This document shows positions 10,381 through 19,627 of a stretch of DNA of 64,000 nucleotides, piece after piece. Source of the DNA: Opitutaceae bacterium (GTDB lineage Bacteria > Verrucomicrobiota > Verrucomicrobiia > Opitutales > Coraliomargaritaceae); assembly GCA_051252375.1 (NCBI GenBank), contig JBPOFY010000002.1:480001-544000 (forward strand), in the 5' to 3' direction. Numbering within the stretch: the first letter of the stretch is position 1; each line of letters starts with the position of its first letter. The notes beneath the pieces were generated by a model. It was not told the origin of the DNA. It was given only the letters and a program-made list of their open reading frames with translations, and did no database searches. A program made the translations under genes and the position numbers.

Positions 10381-10905
10381 TACAACCGCTTCGCTAGAGA
10401 GGGGAGTTTTCGGAGGGAAAGTTTTGACGATGAGGACGGTTATTCAGGAAGGGATAGTCGCCGGATGCCCTCTTTAAGGCGGATTACATTGAAATTAATC
10501 AACAATCCAACTTTGCAGCCTGTTAGCTTCATATAGGTCATTAGTTGCGCCTCATGTATGGGGGCGAGTTCTTTCACGACTTTTAGTTCAACGATGACTT
10601 TACCATCCACAATTAGGTCCAGAGCATAGTCGTCATCTAATTCTAAATCTTTGTATTTGAGCTGAAGCTTGACCTGACGCCTTACCTCAACGTTTCGTAG
10701 CGCAAGCTCATGTTGTAAGCTTTTCTCATAAATACTTTCGATAAGTCCTGGACCCCAGTAGTCGTGCACTTCCATTGCCGCACCGATTATGGTTCCGGTT
10801 AATTCAGTGTAATCATCCATGACACCTTTCTGTCCCCCAAGAGATTTCATGGCAATCTTTACCTCCCTAATCTCGCCCGCAGGGCACTCTAGCGCAGCGG
10901 TTGTA
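10381..10905. mobile_element. Putative IR-bounded GxxExxY element
   Basis: tacaaccgcttcgctagag (10381-10399) and ctctagcgcagcggttgta (10887-10905) form an 18/19 inverted repeat enclosing only the GxxExxY gene. Confidence 0.5.
10440..10820 (-). CDS. GxxExxY protein (PD-(D/E)XK nuclease-like)
   Basis: IIGAAMEVH..GPGLIESIYEKSL..DLIVDGKVIVELK..HEAQLMTYMK..GLLINF. Alternative start at 10850. Confidence 0.95.
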   Translation of the reverse strand: MDDYTELTGTIIGAAMEVHDYWGPGLIESIYEKSLQHELALRNVEVRRQVKLQLKYKDLELDDDYALDLIVDGKVIVELKVVKELAPIHEAQLMTYMKLTGCKVGLLINFNVIRLKEGIRRLSLPE

Positions 10906-10947
10906 AATCAATCATCGCACAGTCGGCCACGTCTCCACACACCAAAT

Positions 10948-10977
10948 AAAAAGAGCCGCTCCAAACGAAGCGGCTCT
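10948..10977 (-). terminator. Intrinsic terminator after the FKBP gene
   Basis: Minus strand agagccgcttcgtttggagcggctc followed by a T run. Confidence 0.75.
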
Positions 10978-11000
10978 CTCGAAAAATCTAAGGTCTGGTT

Positions 11001-11756
11001 CTACTTACCGATCTTAATCAGCTGCACGTCGAATACCAATGTGCCGCCGGGTGCGCCGCCTTGTGGCTTTTCACCGTAGGCTAACTTACCAGGGATCCAG
11101 AAGCGGCGAGTTTCGCCTTCGACCATCAATTGCACACCTTCTGTCCAACCGGCGATGACTTGAAAGAGTCCAAAACTAGCAGGCTCGCCACGAGCTACAG
11201 AGCTATCAAAAAGCTGACCGTCTGTCGTCCAACCGCTGTAGTGAACAGTGACCATGTCGTCTTTTGTCGGATACACACTACCAGTGCCAGCAGTCAACAC
11301 GCGCGACGCCAAACCACTTGGGCGAACTTCTGCAGAATCAGGAATCGCTGCAACGTCTTCAGGTGTCTTTGGTGGCTCGGGTGCCTTCTCGACCAAGATA
11401 AGCTCCACATCAAACACCAACAAACCACCTGGGCGACCACCACCTGGTTTTTCACCATAAGCAAGGTCCGCGGGGATCCAGAAACGACGCTTTTCACCGA
11501 TGCTCATGAGCTGCAAACCTTCAGTCCAGCCCTTGATCACGCGGTTGAGCGGGAAACTGGTTGGCTGGCCACGCTTGACCGAGCTATCGAACATTTTGCC
11601 ATCAGTCGTCCAACCACTGTAATGGACAGTGACGGTATCGGCTGCGACAGGATGACCTGCTCCCGAACCGGCTTCCAATACTTTAGAGGCAAGGCCTGTT
11701 GCTGTGACTTCGGCGTCCGCTGGTGCGGCATTTACATCGGATGGTGTTTCTAACAT
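11001..11756 (-). CDS. FKBP-type peptidyl-prolyl isomerase with two tandem FKBP domains
   Basis: Two repeats of VTVHYSGWTTDG..FDSS..VI.GWTEG..RRFWIP..LAYG; likely start MLETP at 11756. Confidence 0.95.
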   Translation of the reverse strand: MLETPSDVNAAPADAEVTATGLASKVLEAGSGAGHPVAADTVTVHYSGWTTDGKMFDSSVKRGQPTSFPLNRVIKGWTEGLQLMSIGEKRRFWIPADLAYGEKPGGGRPGGLLVFDVELILVEKAPEPPKTPEDVAAIPDSAEVRPSGLASRVLTAGTGSVYPTKDDMVTVHYSGWTTDGQLFDSSVARGEPASFGLFQVIAGWTEGVQLMVEGETRRFWIPGKLAYGEKPQGGAPGGTLVFDVQLIKIGK

Positions 11757-11812
11757 GCGCACGATATCGAATAAACCCGCAAGGGCGGTCAACCGAAAAG
11801 ATGAATCTCTAA

Positions 11813-11873
11813 GTAGCACAGACATTCCTGTCTGTGTTTTCCAAATGCAGACAGACAAGAATGTCTATCTTAC
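11813..11873. repeat. GTAG REP doublet (CACAGACATTCCTGTCTGTG type)
   Basis: gtagcacagacattcctgtctgtg...acagacaagaatgtctatcttac. Confidence 0.7.
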
Positions 11874-11981
11874 TGATTACTCCTAATCCCCATCGACAGA
11901 TTATGATTAAGAGTAGGATTAAGACCTCGAATTCGTCCTAGGAAAATCCCACTAACAAGCGTATTATAGTTATAACGCCCC

Positions 11982-12896
11982 ATGACCTATTCAGGAATCA
12001 TTGACTGCCACACACACTGCTACCCTCCCGAGGTAATAGACCACCCGCGCGCGTGGGCGGAACAACGCAAGGAATTGCACTGGGCCGAACTCGTGGCTCC
12101 GGAAGACAAAATTTCGATCCAAGACTGGAGCACCCCTGAATCCATGATCACTGAGATGAATGCCAATGGCGTCGAGAAAGCCATTCTCCTCGGTTGGTAT
12201 TGGGAGCACGAATCCACCTGCCGCTGGCACAATCAAGTCATCGCCGATTGGGTGAGCCATGCACCCGACCGCTTTATCGGCTTTGCCTCGATCTATCCCA
12301 ACGAAAATGTCGTCGACCAACTCGAAGCCGCCAAAGCCCTCGGCCTGCGCGGCGTGGGCGAGCTACACAACGGCGCACAGAAGTTCGCCTCCAGCAGTCC
12401 CGCTTGGTTCGCGCTCGCCGAGTGGTGCGTCAAAAACAACTGGCCCGTCAATCTCCACGCCACCGAAGCGGCAGGTCACGATCATCCAGGCAGTCTCGAA
12501 ACCCCACTCAAAGACTTCGTCCGCAAAGCCGAAGCCCACCCCGAGCTGAAAATCATCCTCGCCCACTGGGGCGGCGGCCTCCCGTTCTTTGAAAAGAACC
12601 CGCGCCTGAAGATGGCTTTGAAAAACGTCTATTACGACACCGCAGCCAGCCCCTTGCTCTACGATCCATCCGTGTTCCGATCCGTGATCGACAGCGTTGG
12701 CTGCGAAAAAGTGCTCTACGGCTCCGACTTCCCGCTCCGCGTCTATCCACGCCAACAAAAACAAGCGCAGATGCAGCACTTCCTAGATTCGATCCGCGAC
12801 GAGGCGGGATTGAGCGAGAAGGAACTGGCAGCGATCTTCCACGGGAACATCGAACGGCTATTCCAGGATACCAAAGGTAGCGGCGCTTGTCCCTAA
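11982..12896 (+). CDS. Amidohydrolase family 2 protein
   Basis: IDCHTH, GVGEL, ILAHWGGG, YYDTAASP, LYGSDFP motifs. Confidence 0.93.
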   Translation: MTYSGIIDCHTHCYPPEVIDHPRAWAEQRKELHWAELVAPEDKISIQDWSTPESMITEMNANGVEKAILLGWYWEHESTCRWHNQVIADWVSHAPDRFIGFASIYPNENVVDQLEAAKALGLRGVGELHNGAQKFASSSPAWFALAEWCVKNNWPVNLHATEAAGHDHPGSLETPLKDFVRKAEAHPELKIILAHWGGGLPFFEKNPRLKMALKNVYYDTAASPLLYDPSVFRSVIDSVGCEKVLYGSDFPLRVYPRQQKQAQMQHFLDSIRDEAGLSEKELAAIFHGNIERLFQDTKGSGACP

Positions 12897-12974
12897 GCGC
12901 CACACGTCAAGCTAGCAGCCCTCTGAGCTGAGACTAACAACACCGCAATGGCGCTCGGGACGAGCGCCGCTACC
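12876..12974. repeat. GTAG REP doublet, family A
   Basis: ggtagcggcgcttgtccctaagcgcca...tggcgctcgggacgagcgccgctacc; overlaps the amidohydrolase stop codon. Confidence 0.85.
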
Positions 12975-13152
12975 CTTCTATTTATCCGTGTCCATTCGTA
13001 ATTAAACCATCTGTGCCAATCTGCGGAATCTGCGGATTAGCCTCACGTCAGGGCAGCCTTTGTGCATCCGTGCCCATCCGCCCTCATCCGTGGCTAAATT
13101 CTATTAAATCCCCTTGCGCGTCTGCGGTTCGCCAACTACCGAATAGTGCAAC

Positions 13153-14769
13153 ATGCATCGCCGTTATTTCATTACCACCCTCTGCCTGAGCTGCTTGCTT
13201 TGGATGACGGTCGGCTGCACAAAGAAGAAGACCAACGTTGAGCTCGGAAATACCACCCAAGAACTCTATCTCGGCATCGGCGCCGAACCGGCGACACTCG
13301 ACCCACACCTTTCAACTGGCTTAACAGAGTATTCGATCATGATGGCCTTCCTCGAAGGGCTCACCACACTCGACGCAGAGACCATGCGCGTGCTACCTGG
13401 CGTCGCCAAATCTTGGGATATCTCCGAGGACGGTCTGCTCTACACCTTTCATTTCGATCCAAATGCACATTGGTCAAATGGCGACCGCGTCACCCCAGAG
13501 GATTTCCTTTTCTCATTCGAGCGCATACTCACACCACTGTTAGGTGCCCCGTATGCCTACATGCTGTATCCGATGCGCGACGCAGAAGCGTTTCATACCG
13601 GCAAACTCACCGACTTCTCGAAAGTTGGCGCTACAGCGATCGACGACCACACCCTGCAAATCGAACTGGAGCAAGCCACCCCCTATTTCCTCAGCTTGCT
13701 CGCGCATAATACTTGGTTCCCTGTTCACCCGCCCACGATCCTGAAACATGGCAGCATGACGGAGCGTATCTCTAAATGGACCAAAGCGGGCAACTATGTA
13801 GGCAATGGTCCATATCTGCTAAAAAACTGGCGACTCAATACAGAAGTTTACGCAGTCAAAAACCCACACTTTCGCGACATCGAATCCGTCAATTTGAACG
13901 GCATACATTTCCTCCCGATTGAGATCGATACCGAAGAGCGCGCCTTTCGCTCCGGGCATTTGCACATCACCGCCACCGTGCCGATCCATCGCATTGATTG
14001 GTATCGCGAGCACCGCCCCGAGACCATCAACTTCGCCACATCGCTGGGGGTTTACTACTACATGCTCAACACCTCTCGCGGCCCGCTCGCCGACCCCCGC
14101 GTGCGCAAAGCGCTCGCCTACACGATCAATCGGGAAGAGTTGACCAAACACGTCCTCAAAGCCGGACAACAACCCGCCTACCATTTCACACCGCCCAACG
14201 CAGGTGGTTATAACGCCGAAGCCCGCTTCCCCTACGATCCTGATCTCGCCCGCCAACTCCTCGCCGAAGCCGGTTTCCCTGACGGCAAAGGCTTTCCCGC
14301 CTTCGAACTGCTCTACAACACCAGCGAGTCGCACCGCACGATCGCCGTCGCGATACAGCAAATGTGGAAAAAAGAACTCGGCATCAACATCGAGCTACAC
14401 AACCAAGAGTGGAAAGCCTACCTCTCCACGCGCGAAGCCGGCGAGTTCGACATCCTCCGCGCTTCTTGGTTTGGCGACTACGACGACCCCAACACCTTTC
14501 TCAGCCTCGGCGAAACCAACAACGGCAACAACCACACCGAGTGGAGCAGCCCCGAATACGACGCACTGATCAAGCAAGCCGCGGTCACCCTCGACCCCGA
14601 AGCTCGCAAAGCGATTTTCCAAAAAGCCGAAGCCATTCTACTCGATGAAATGCCGGTGATCCCCATCTACTTTTATGTCACCAGTCGTCTGATCGACGAT
14701 GCCGTGCAAGGCTGGTATCCAAGTATCCTCGACAACCATCCCTACCAAGCGATCAAGTTAAAAAAATAG
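13153..14769 (+). CDS. oppA: Oligopeptide ABC transporter substrate-binding lipoprotein
   Basis: Lipobox-like TVGC; EPATLDP, AKSWDISEDG, WSNGDRVT, GNGPY motifs of SBP family 5. Confidence 0.93.
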   Translation: MHRRYFITTLCLSCLLWMTVGCTKKKTNVELGNTTQELYLGIGAEPATLDPHLSTGLTEYSIMMAFLEGLTTLDAETMRVLPGVAKSWDISEDGLLYTFHFDPNAHWSNGDRVTPEDFLFSFERILTPLLGAPYAYMLYPMRDAEAFHTGKLTDFSKVGATAIDDHTLQIELEQATPYFLSLLAHNTWFPVHPPTILKHGSMTERISKWTKAGNYVGNGPYLLKNWRLNTEVYAVKNPHFRDIESVNLNGIHFLPIEIDTEERAFRSGHLHITATVPIHRIDWYREHRPETINFATSLGVYYYMLNTSRGPLADPRVRKALAYTINREELTKHVLKAGQQPAYHFTPPNAGGYNAEARFPYDPDLARQLLAEAGFPDGKGFPAFELLYNTSESHRTIAVAIQQMWKKELGINIELHNQEWKAYLSTREAGEFDILRASWFGDYDDPNTFLSLGETNNGNNHTEWSSPEYDALIKQAAVTLDPEARKAIFQKAEAILLDEMPVIPIYFYVTSRLIDDAVQGWYPSILDNHPYQAIKLKK

Positions 14770-14847
14770 TCTTAATCCTAATCTTACTCTTAATCTTAAT
14801 CCCCCATTAAAAAGAGATTAAGATTACGATTAGGAGTCAGATTAAGA
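14770..14847. repeat. Hexamer-based inverted repeat (CTTAAT)n...(ATTAAG)n
   Basis: tcttaatcctaatcttactcttaatcttaatc / gattaagattacgattaggagtcagattaaga; related pieces at ~6095-6120 and ~11877-11924. Confidence 0.8.
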
Positions 14848-14910
14848 GCGACCACTCACCACTAATTAATTCACCATTCAATGTTGGACGTTCGACGTTC
14901 GACGTTCCCC

Positions 14911-15828
14911 ATGCTTTCACTCATCACCAGACGCCTGCTACAAGCCATTCCCACATTGTGGGTCGTGGCCACGGCGACGTTTCTGCTCTTGCGACTCGCT
15001 CCGGGCGGACCCTTCGATGATGAAAAACCGCTGCCTCCTGAAATCAAAGAACAGATCGAGGCTCACTACGGATTAGACCGTCCGCTCCACGAGCAGTATT
15101 TCGAGTTCCTCGGCAACATCCTCCAAGGCGACTTAGGTCCCTCTTATAAATATCCGGGCTGGGACGTGCAGGAAATCATCATTCAAGCATTTCCCGTATC
15201 GCTCGAACTCGGGCTCTGGGGGCTACTCATTGCGCTCTCTGTCGGCATCCCCATCGGCACTATCGCGGCGATCAAGCACAATACCTCCACAGAAACCGGT
15301 CTTATGGGCATTGCCACGATCGGCATCTGCCTGCCCTCCTTCGTGGTCGGGCCCATCCTACTGTTGTTCTTCAGCCTGCATCTAGACTGGTTCAACCCGT
15401 TGGGCTGGACCTTCGCCACCGACCGGGTGCTGCCAGCCATCACGCTCGGCTTACTCTATGCCGCGTCGATTGCCCGACTGGCACGCAGTGGGATGCTGGA
15501 CGTGCTGCAAGACGATTATATACGCACCGCCCGTGCCAAAGGTTTGGCAGAGAAAACTGTCATCATCCGCCACGCACTACGCACCGCGCTCAACCCAGTG
15601 GTTGCCTATCTAGGACCCGCTGCCGCCGGCTTGATCAGCGGCTCCTTTGTCGTGGAAACCATCTTCTTCATCCCCGGTCTCGGTCCCTTCTTTGTGAATG
15701 CCGCGTTGAACCGAGACTACACCATGGTCATGGGAACCGTCCTCTTCTACGCCACACTCATCATCCTGTTTAACCTCATCGTCGACATCATCCAAATGTG
15801 GATGAATCCACGCTCACGCCATGACTAG
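14911..15828 (+). CDS. oppB: Oligopeptide ABC transporter permease
   Basis: APGGPFD, GDLGPS, DYIRTARAKGL, NRDY motifs; start moved to MLSLITRR because the upstream TTG/ATG region is a repeat arm. Confidence 0.93.
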   Translation: MLSLITRRLLQAIPTLWVVATATFLLLRLAPGGPFDDEKPLPPEIKEQIEAHYGLDRPLHEQYFEFLGNILQGDLGPSYKYPGWDVQEIIIQAFPVSLELGLWGLLIALSVGIPIGTIAAIKHNTSTETGLMGIATIGICLPSFVVGPILLLFFSLHLDWFNPLGWTFATDRVLPAITLGLLYAASIARLARSGMLDVLQDDYIRTARAKGLAEKTVIIRHALRTALNPVVAYLGPAAAGLISGSFVVETIFFIPGLGPFFVNAALNRDYTMVMGTVLFYATLIILFNLIVDIIQMWMNPRSRHD

Positions 15829-15847
15829 GATTATATTCATCAGTCAA

Positions 15848-15929
15848 TGGAGGGCTGTGCTCCGTCACAGCCGCACGGCACACCGAACCGCCTGGACGAC
15901 CTACGGTTGCGACGGAGCGCAACCCTCCA
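15848..15929. repeat. GGAG REP doublet, family B
   Basis: tggagggctgtgctccgtcacagccg...cggttgcgacggagcgcaaccctcca; other copies at 24248 and 38621, single arms at 18679 and 20782. Confidence 0.85.
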
Positions 15930-15977
15930 GTATAACGAACGTTTGTCTTGGCAAGCAAACCCTACCCTATTCACGCC

Positions 15978-16859
15978 ATGACTAAACAAGAACGAGAAAA
16001 GGCCGCGCTTGAAGCGACTTCCCTCGGGCGCGATGCGTGGGAGCACATCAAACGCAACCGCATGGCCCAGATTGGCGGCGTGCTGTTTATCACCATTACA
16101 TTGATGTGCTGGATCGGACCATGGCTCAGCAGCTACAGCTTCAACCAGCAGGACCTCGCCTACGGTCCTCAATCACCCTCAGCGCAACACTGGTTCGGCA
16201 CCGATGACCTCGGTCGCGACCTCTTTGTCCGCATCCTCATCGGTGGACGCATTTCGATTGGTGTCGGCTTCGCGGCGACCTTCATTGCACTCGTGATCGG
16301 CGTCATATACGGTTCCATTGCCGGTTATGTCGGCGGTAAAGTCGAAGACCTGATGATGCGCTTCGTCGATGCAGTCTATGCGCTACCTTTCACCATGATC
16401 GTCATCATCCTCACGGTGACTTTCGACAAAAAGAGCATCATCCTAATTTTCATGGCCATCGGCGCGGTCGAATGGTTGACCATGGCCCGCATTGTGCGCG
16501 GACAAACCAGAGCCCTACGCAAGCTCAACTTCATCGACGCCGCCAAAGTCTATGGTGCCTCACACCTCAGAATCCTCATTCGCCACATCCTTCCAAACTG
16601 CCTCGGTCCAATCATCGTCTTCACCACGCTGATGATCCCCTCAGTGATTCTACTCGAATCCGTCCTCAGCTTCCTCGGACTCGGCGTCCAACCGCCAATG
16701 AGCTCGTGGGGCGTGCTGATCAATGAAGGCGCCAAAAAGATCGATATCTACCCCTGGCAATTGATTTTTCCCGCACTGTTTTTCTCAATCACACTCTTCG
16801 CGCTCAACTTCATCGGCGATGGATTGCGCGACGCGCTGGATCCGAAGGAGACGAAATAG
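15978..16859 (+). CDS. oppC: Oligopeptide ABC transporter permease
   Basis: HWFGTDDLGRD, ARIVRGQ, ESVLSFLGLG, GDGLRDALDPK motifs. Confidence 0.93.
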   Translation: MTKQEREKAALEATSLGRDAWEHIKRNRMAQIGGVLFITITLMCWIGPWLSSYSFNQQDLAYGPQSPSAQHWFGTDDLGRDLFVRILIGGRISIGVGFAATFIALVIGVIYGSIAGYVGGKVEDLMMRFVDAVYALPFTMIVIILTVTFDKKSIILIFMAIGAVEWLTMARIVRGQTRALRKLNFIDAAKVYGASHLRILIRHILPNCLGPIIVFTTLMIPSVILLESVLSFLGLGVQPPMSSWGVLINEGAKKIDIYPWQLIFPALFFSITLFALNFIGDGLRDALDPKETK

Positions 16860-16894
16860 AGACCGTCTTCAGCTATTCCCCAATTACTTCCTAC

Positions 16895-16960
16895 GGTAGG
16901 GACGCTTGCCCTCAAGCGTCCGCCAGATACTTCGGACGGCTGAGGGCAGCCGCCCCTACC
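16895..16960. repeat. GTAG REP doublet, family C
   Basis: ggtagggacgcttgccctcaagcgtccg...cggacggctgagggcagccgcccctacc; other copies at 46218 and 50730. Confidence 0.85.
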
Positions 16961-17056
16961 TTTACAGATGTGCCGAATTCTCCATCCAGTGAAGATTCCG
17001 GCTCAAACCAAGATTACGTATTGCCCTAGCCGCGAACTCGCTCTTTTACTTCTGCC

Positions 17057-17500
17057 ATGAGCCAAAACTCCCTGACTATTTCTATCGGCACCGACCACGC
17101 GGGCTTCCCGCTGAAGGCACCTATCACCAAACTCCTACAAGATCGCGGACATATCGTCATCGATTGTGGATGCCACTCAACTGAGTCCTGTGACTATCCA
17201 GACTTCATCCGGCCAGCCGCTCAGGCTGTCTCCGAAGGCAAAGCCGACCTCGGGATCGTCCTCGGTGGCAGCGGTAACGGTGAAGCGATCGTCGCCAACA
17301 AGGTAAAAGGCGTGCGTTGCGGTTTAGTCTGGGACGAATGGTCAGCCGAAATGACCAAGCTACACAATAACGCCAACTGCATCGCCATGGGCGCTCGCCC
17401 AGTCTCCGAAGAATTAGCTCTAAAACTCGTCGGCATCTGGCTCGACACCGAGTTTGAAGGCGGTCGCCACATCGCTCGCGTCGATAAGATCGAAGGTTAA
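17057..17500 (+). CDS. rpiB: Ribose-5-phosphate isomerase B
   Basis: GTDHAG, DYPD, GGSGNGE, HNNAN, FEGGRH motifs. Confidence 0.95.
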   Translation: MSQNSLTISIGTDHAGFPLKAPITKLLQDRGHIVIDCGCHSTESCDYPDFIRPAAQAVSEGKADLGIVLGGSGNGEAIVANKVKGVRCGLVWDEWSAEMTKLHNNANCIAMGARPVSEELALKLVGIWLDTEFEGGRHIARVDKIEG

Positions 17501-17582
17501 TCACCTCTAAGTGCAGTCATAACTTGAAAGATCAGCCACAGCTGTTCTTCTTATCCCTTTAATCCAGCAACCACATTTACCC

Positions 17583-18161
17583 ATGGCCGACAAAAAATCC
17601 AAAGACGAAGACAAGAAGTCCGGAATCAAGATTCAAGAAACCTTTCTCAAGGAGCGTAAAATCTTCCTCTGGGGCGGCGTGACCGACAAGACTGCCAGCG
17701 AAGTCACCGAGAAGCTCCTCTACCTGGAGATGGATGCGCCGGGCAAGGAGATCACTTTCTACATCAACACGCCGGGTGGTTCGATCACAGCAGGCATGGC
17801 GATCTACGACACCATGAAGCTTATCAGCTCTCCAATCACCGTGGTTGTCACAGGTATGGCTGCGAGCATGGGCTCGATCCTGCTGTGTGGCGCCGACAAG
17901 GGCAAACGCTTCCTTTACCCACACTCTCGCGTCCTGATCCACCAACCGTTGATTTCCGGTCAAATGATCGCCGTCGCTGTCGACATCCATATCCAAGCAA
18001 TGGAAATGGAACGCCTCCGCGATGAACTCAACGCGATCCTTGCTGAAAGCTCCGGTCAACCACTTGAAAAAATTCAAAAGGATACCGACCGCGACTTCTA
18101 CATGACTGCCGACGAAGCCATCGCATACGGCCTCGCCGACAAAGTCGTCGATAAGATCTAA
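17583..18161 (+). CDS. clpP: ATP-dependent Clp protease proteolytic subunit
   Basis: YINTPGGS, AASMGS (catalytic Ser), LIHQP, DTDRDFYM motifs. Confidence 0.96.
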   Translation: MADKKSKDEDKKSGIKIQETFLKERKIFLWGGVTDKTASEVTEKLLYLEMDAPGKEITFYINTPGGSITAGMAIYDTMKLISSPITVVVTGMAASMGSILLCGADKGKRFLYPHSRVLIHQPLISGQMIAVAVDIHIQAMEMERLRDELNAILAESSGQPLEKIQKDTDRDFYMTADEAIAYGLADKVVDKI

Positions 18162-18170
18162 GGAACGCTA

Positions 18171-18280
18171 TTGAACATCGAACGTCCAACGTTGAACATC
18201 GAATAGTGAAGTGCTGAGACAATGATCGAAGATTCTTCTAATTCAAAGTTGGACGTTGAGCGTTCAACGTTCGACGTTCA
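18171..18280. repeat. Heptamer-based inverted repeat (AACRTYG)n
   Basis: ttgaacatcgaacgtccaacgttgaacatcgaat / attcaaagttggacgttgagcgttcaacgttcgacgttca; single arm at 14876-14907. Confidence 0.8.
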
Positions 18281-18602
18281 AGCGAAGCGCCAAGATTTCA
18301 GCCCAGCCGAAGACAATCTAAGCGATCTCGAAAAACTGGAAAAGTATTCCGGTGATGTCGATTGGAGTTATTTGCGCCCGCACTACGAAAGCGGCTCAAT
18401 GATCTACGTCGACCCGACCCTCGATTTAAAAACTGCAGGGCTCGCTTTCACCAACGACGACACCGACCAAGTCCAAGCCTGGCTCAAGTCCGGCGATTTG
18501 GTTCAACCCTGCGACCTTCACGTCGAACACTGGAAGAAAACCGACACCCACTTCAACGCCATGATCGTGCGTCCCTTTGTTTTGGCACAACCGATTGGTT
18601 GA
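18222..18602 (+). CDS. DUF2288 family protein
   Basis: VDWSYLRPH, YVDPTLDL, DDTDQVQAWL, AMIVRPFVLAQ motifs. Confidence 0.8.
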   Translation: MIEDSSNSKLDVERSTFDVQAKRQDFSPAEDNLSDLEKLEKYSGDVDWSYLRPHYESGSMIYVDPTLDLKTAGLAFTNDDTDQVQAWLKSGDLVQPCDLHVEHWKKTDTHFNAMIVRPFVLAQPIG

Positions 18603-18834
18603 ACGAAGTTAACCGACTCCGCTGGAATTTAACTATTAGTGGTAGCTAGGTTCATCGTAATTTGTTAAGCACCATACTTGGAGGGCAATGCTCTGTCATT
18701 GCCGTTCGCCAAGGGCGCTCGAATAACCTGAGCGCAAGTTCATACGCGCGGAAACGACATCAGCTTTGCGAACGCAATCAAGCCGGAGACTGGCGTGGCT
18801 ACAAATTCCAGCGGCAACAAGCGATCACTCGCCT

Positions 18835-19548
18835 CTACTCGCTCAAATACCCCGAGAACTGTAACTCCAGTTCATCGAGCATTTCTTCGGTGATCGAAAA
18901 CTCAATCATCTGCGCAAAGCAGTCCAAGCTAGTGATGGCATTTCTGGACGCCTCCTTATCACTTTCGTTCGCCAAGCGGTGGCTAAAGTCACGATTCAAG
19001 ATATTGATGTTCGTGTAAATCTCACTCAAGCCAGTCAATTCCCAGTCCGGAGTCAGCCCTTTCTTTCGACGAAAATACTGAGCCAACACATACATCGAAA
19101 GCGCGCGATATATCGTCTCATTAGAATCCGCAAACGGAAGGTGATGCAATGCCATCGGACGCAACTTGTTTAAATGCGGGCATCCAGAACTCGCCATGTG
19201 AATCCCGATCAAGGAACTAATTGCGGGAAAGAGTAGCATGTCTTTGCGGTGGGTCTCACGATGCGGAGTCTGCACCGTCACATCCACTTTATTGATCGAG
19301 TGTGAATCGTAAAAGAAATCCACAACGTCCACCAAACTCGCAGCCACCGGGCACTGTGGATGTTCTTCTTTATTCAGCGGACAGTGCCGGCATTGATGCA
19401 GCCCTAGTTTCGTCCAACTCGGATAACTCTCACGTTTCGGTTGAATTAACGCTCCAGTCTGACTATCCAATTCCACATCAAACACCTTCTCCGTTTGATC
19501 TGAAAAACGAAAGGAATAACGAATCGTAAAGGTTGTAGCTTCAGCCAT
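18835..19548 (-). CDS. Cys-rich hypothetical protein (DUF6901-like)
   Basis: WTKL..HQCRHCPL..CPVA, MASSGCP, RPMALHHLPFA, LDCFA motifs; start MAEATT at 19548. Confidence 0.75.
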   Translation of the reverse strand: MAEATTFTIRYSFRFSDQTEKVFDVELDSQTGALIQPKRESYPSWTKLGLHQCRHCPLNKEEHPQCPVAASLVDVVDFFYDSHSINKVDVTVQTPHRETHRKDMLLFPAISSLIGIHMASSGCPHLNKLRPMALHHLPFADSNETIYRALSMYVLAQYFRRKKGLTPDWELTGLSEIYTNINILNRDFSHRLANESDKEASRNAITSLDCFAQMIEFSITEEMLDELELQFSGYLSE

Positions 19549-19627
19549 ATTTTTAACACTAGCTAGATTGGAGCCGATGAGGCAACACACTTCCTAACTC
19601 CCTCTTACCCATTACCTATTACCTAAA

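Noticed and set aside
14770..14907. Possible CRISPR array in the periodic repeats
   Set aside because: Units are 6-7 nt with no unique spacers, and no cas genes are present.
18662..19018. ORF containing WRGYKFQRQQAI, resembling a DUF559 endonuclease remnant
   Set aside because: The match is about 12 aa and coincides with a family E REP arm (18780-18803); the rest overlaps a better minus-strand gene. Too weak to call a pseudogene.
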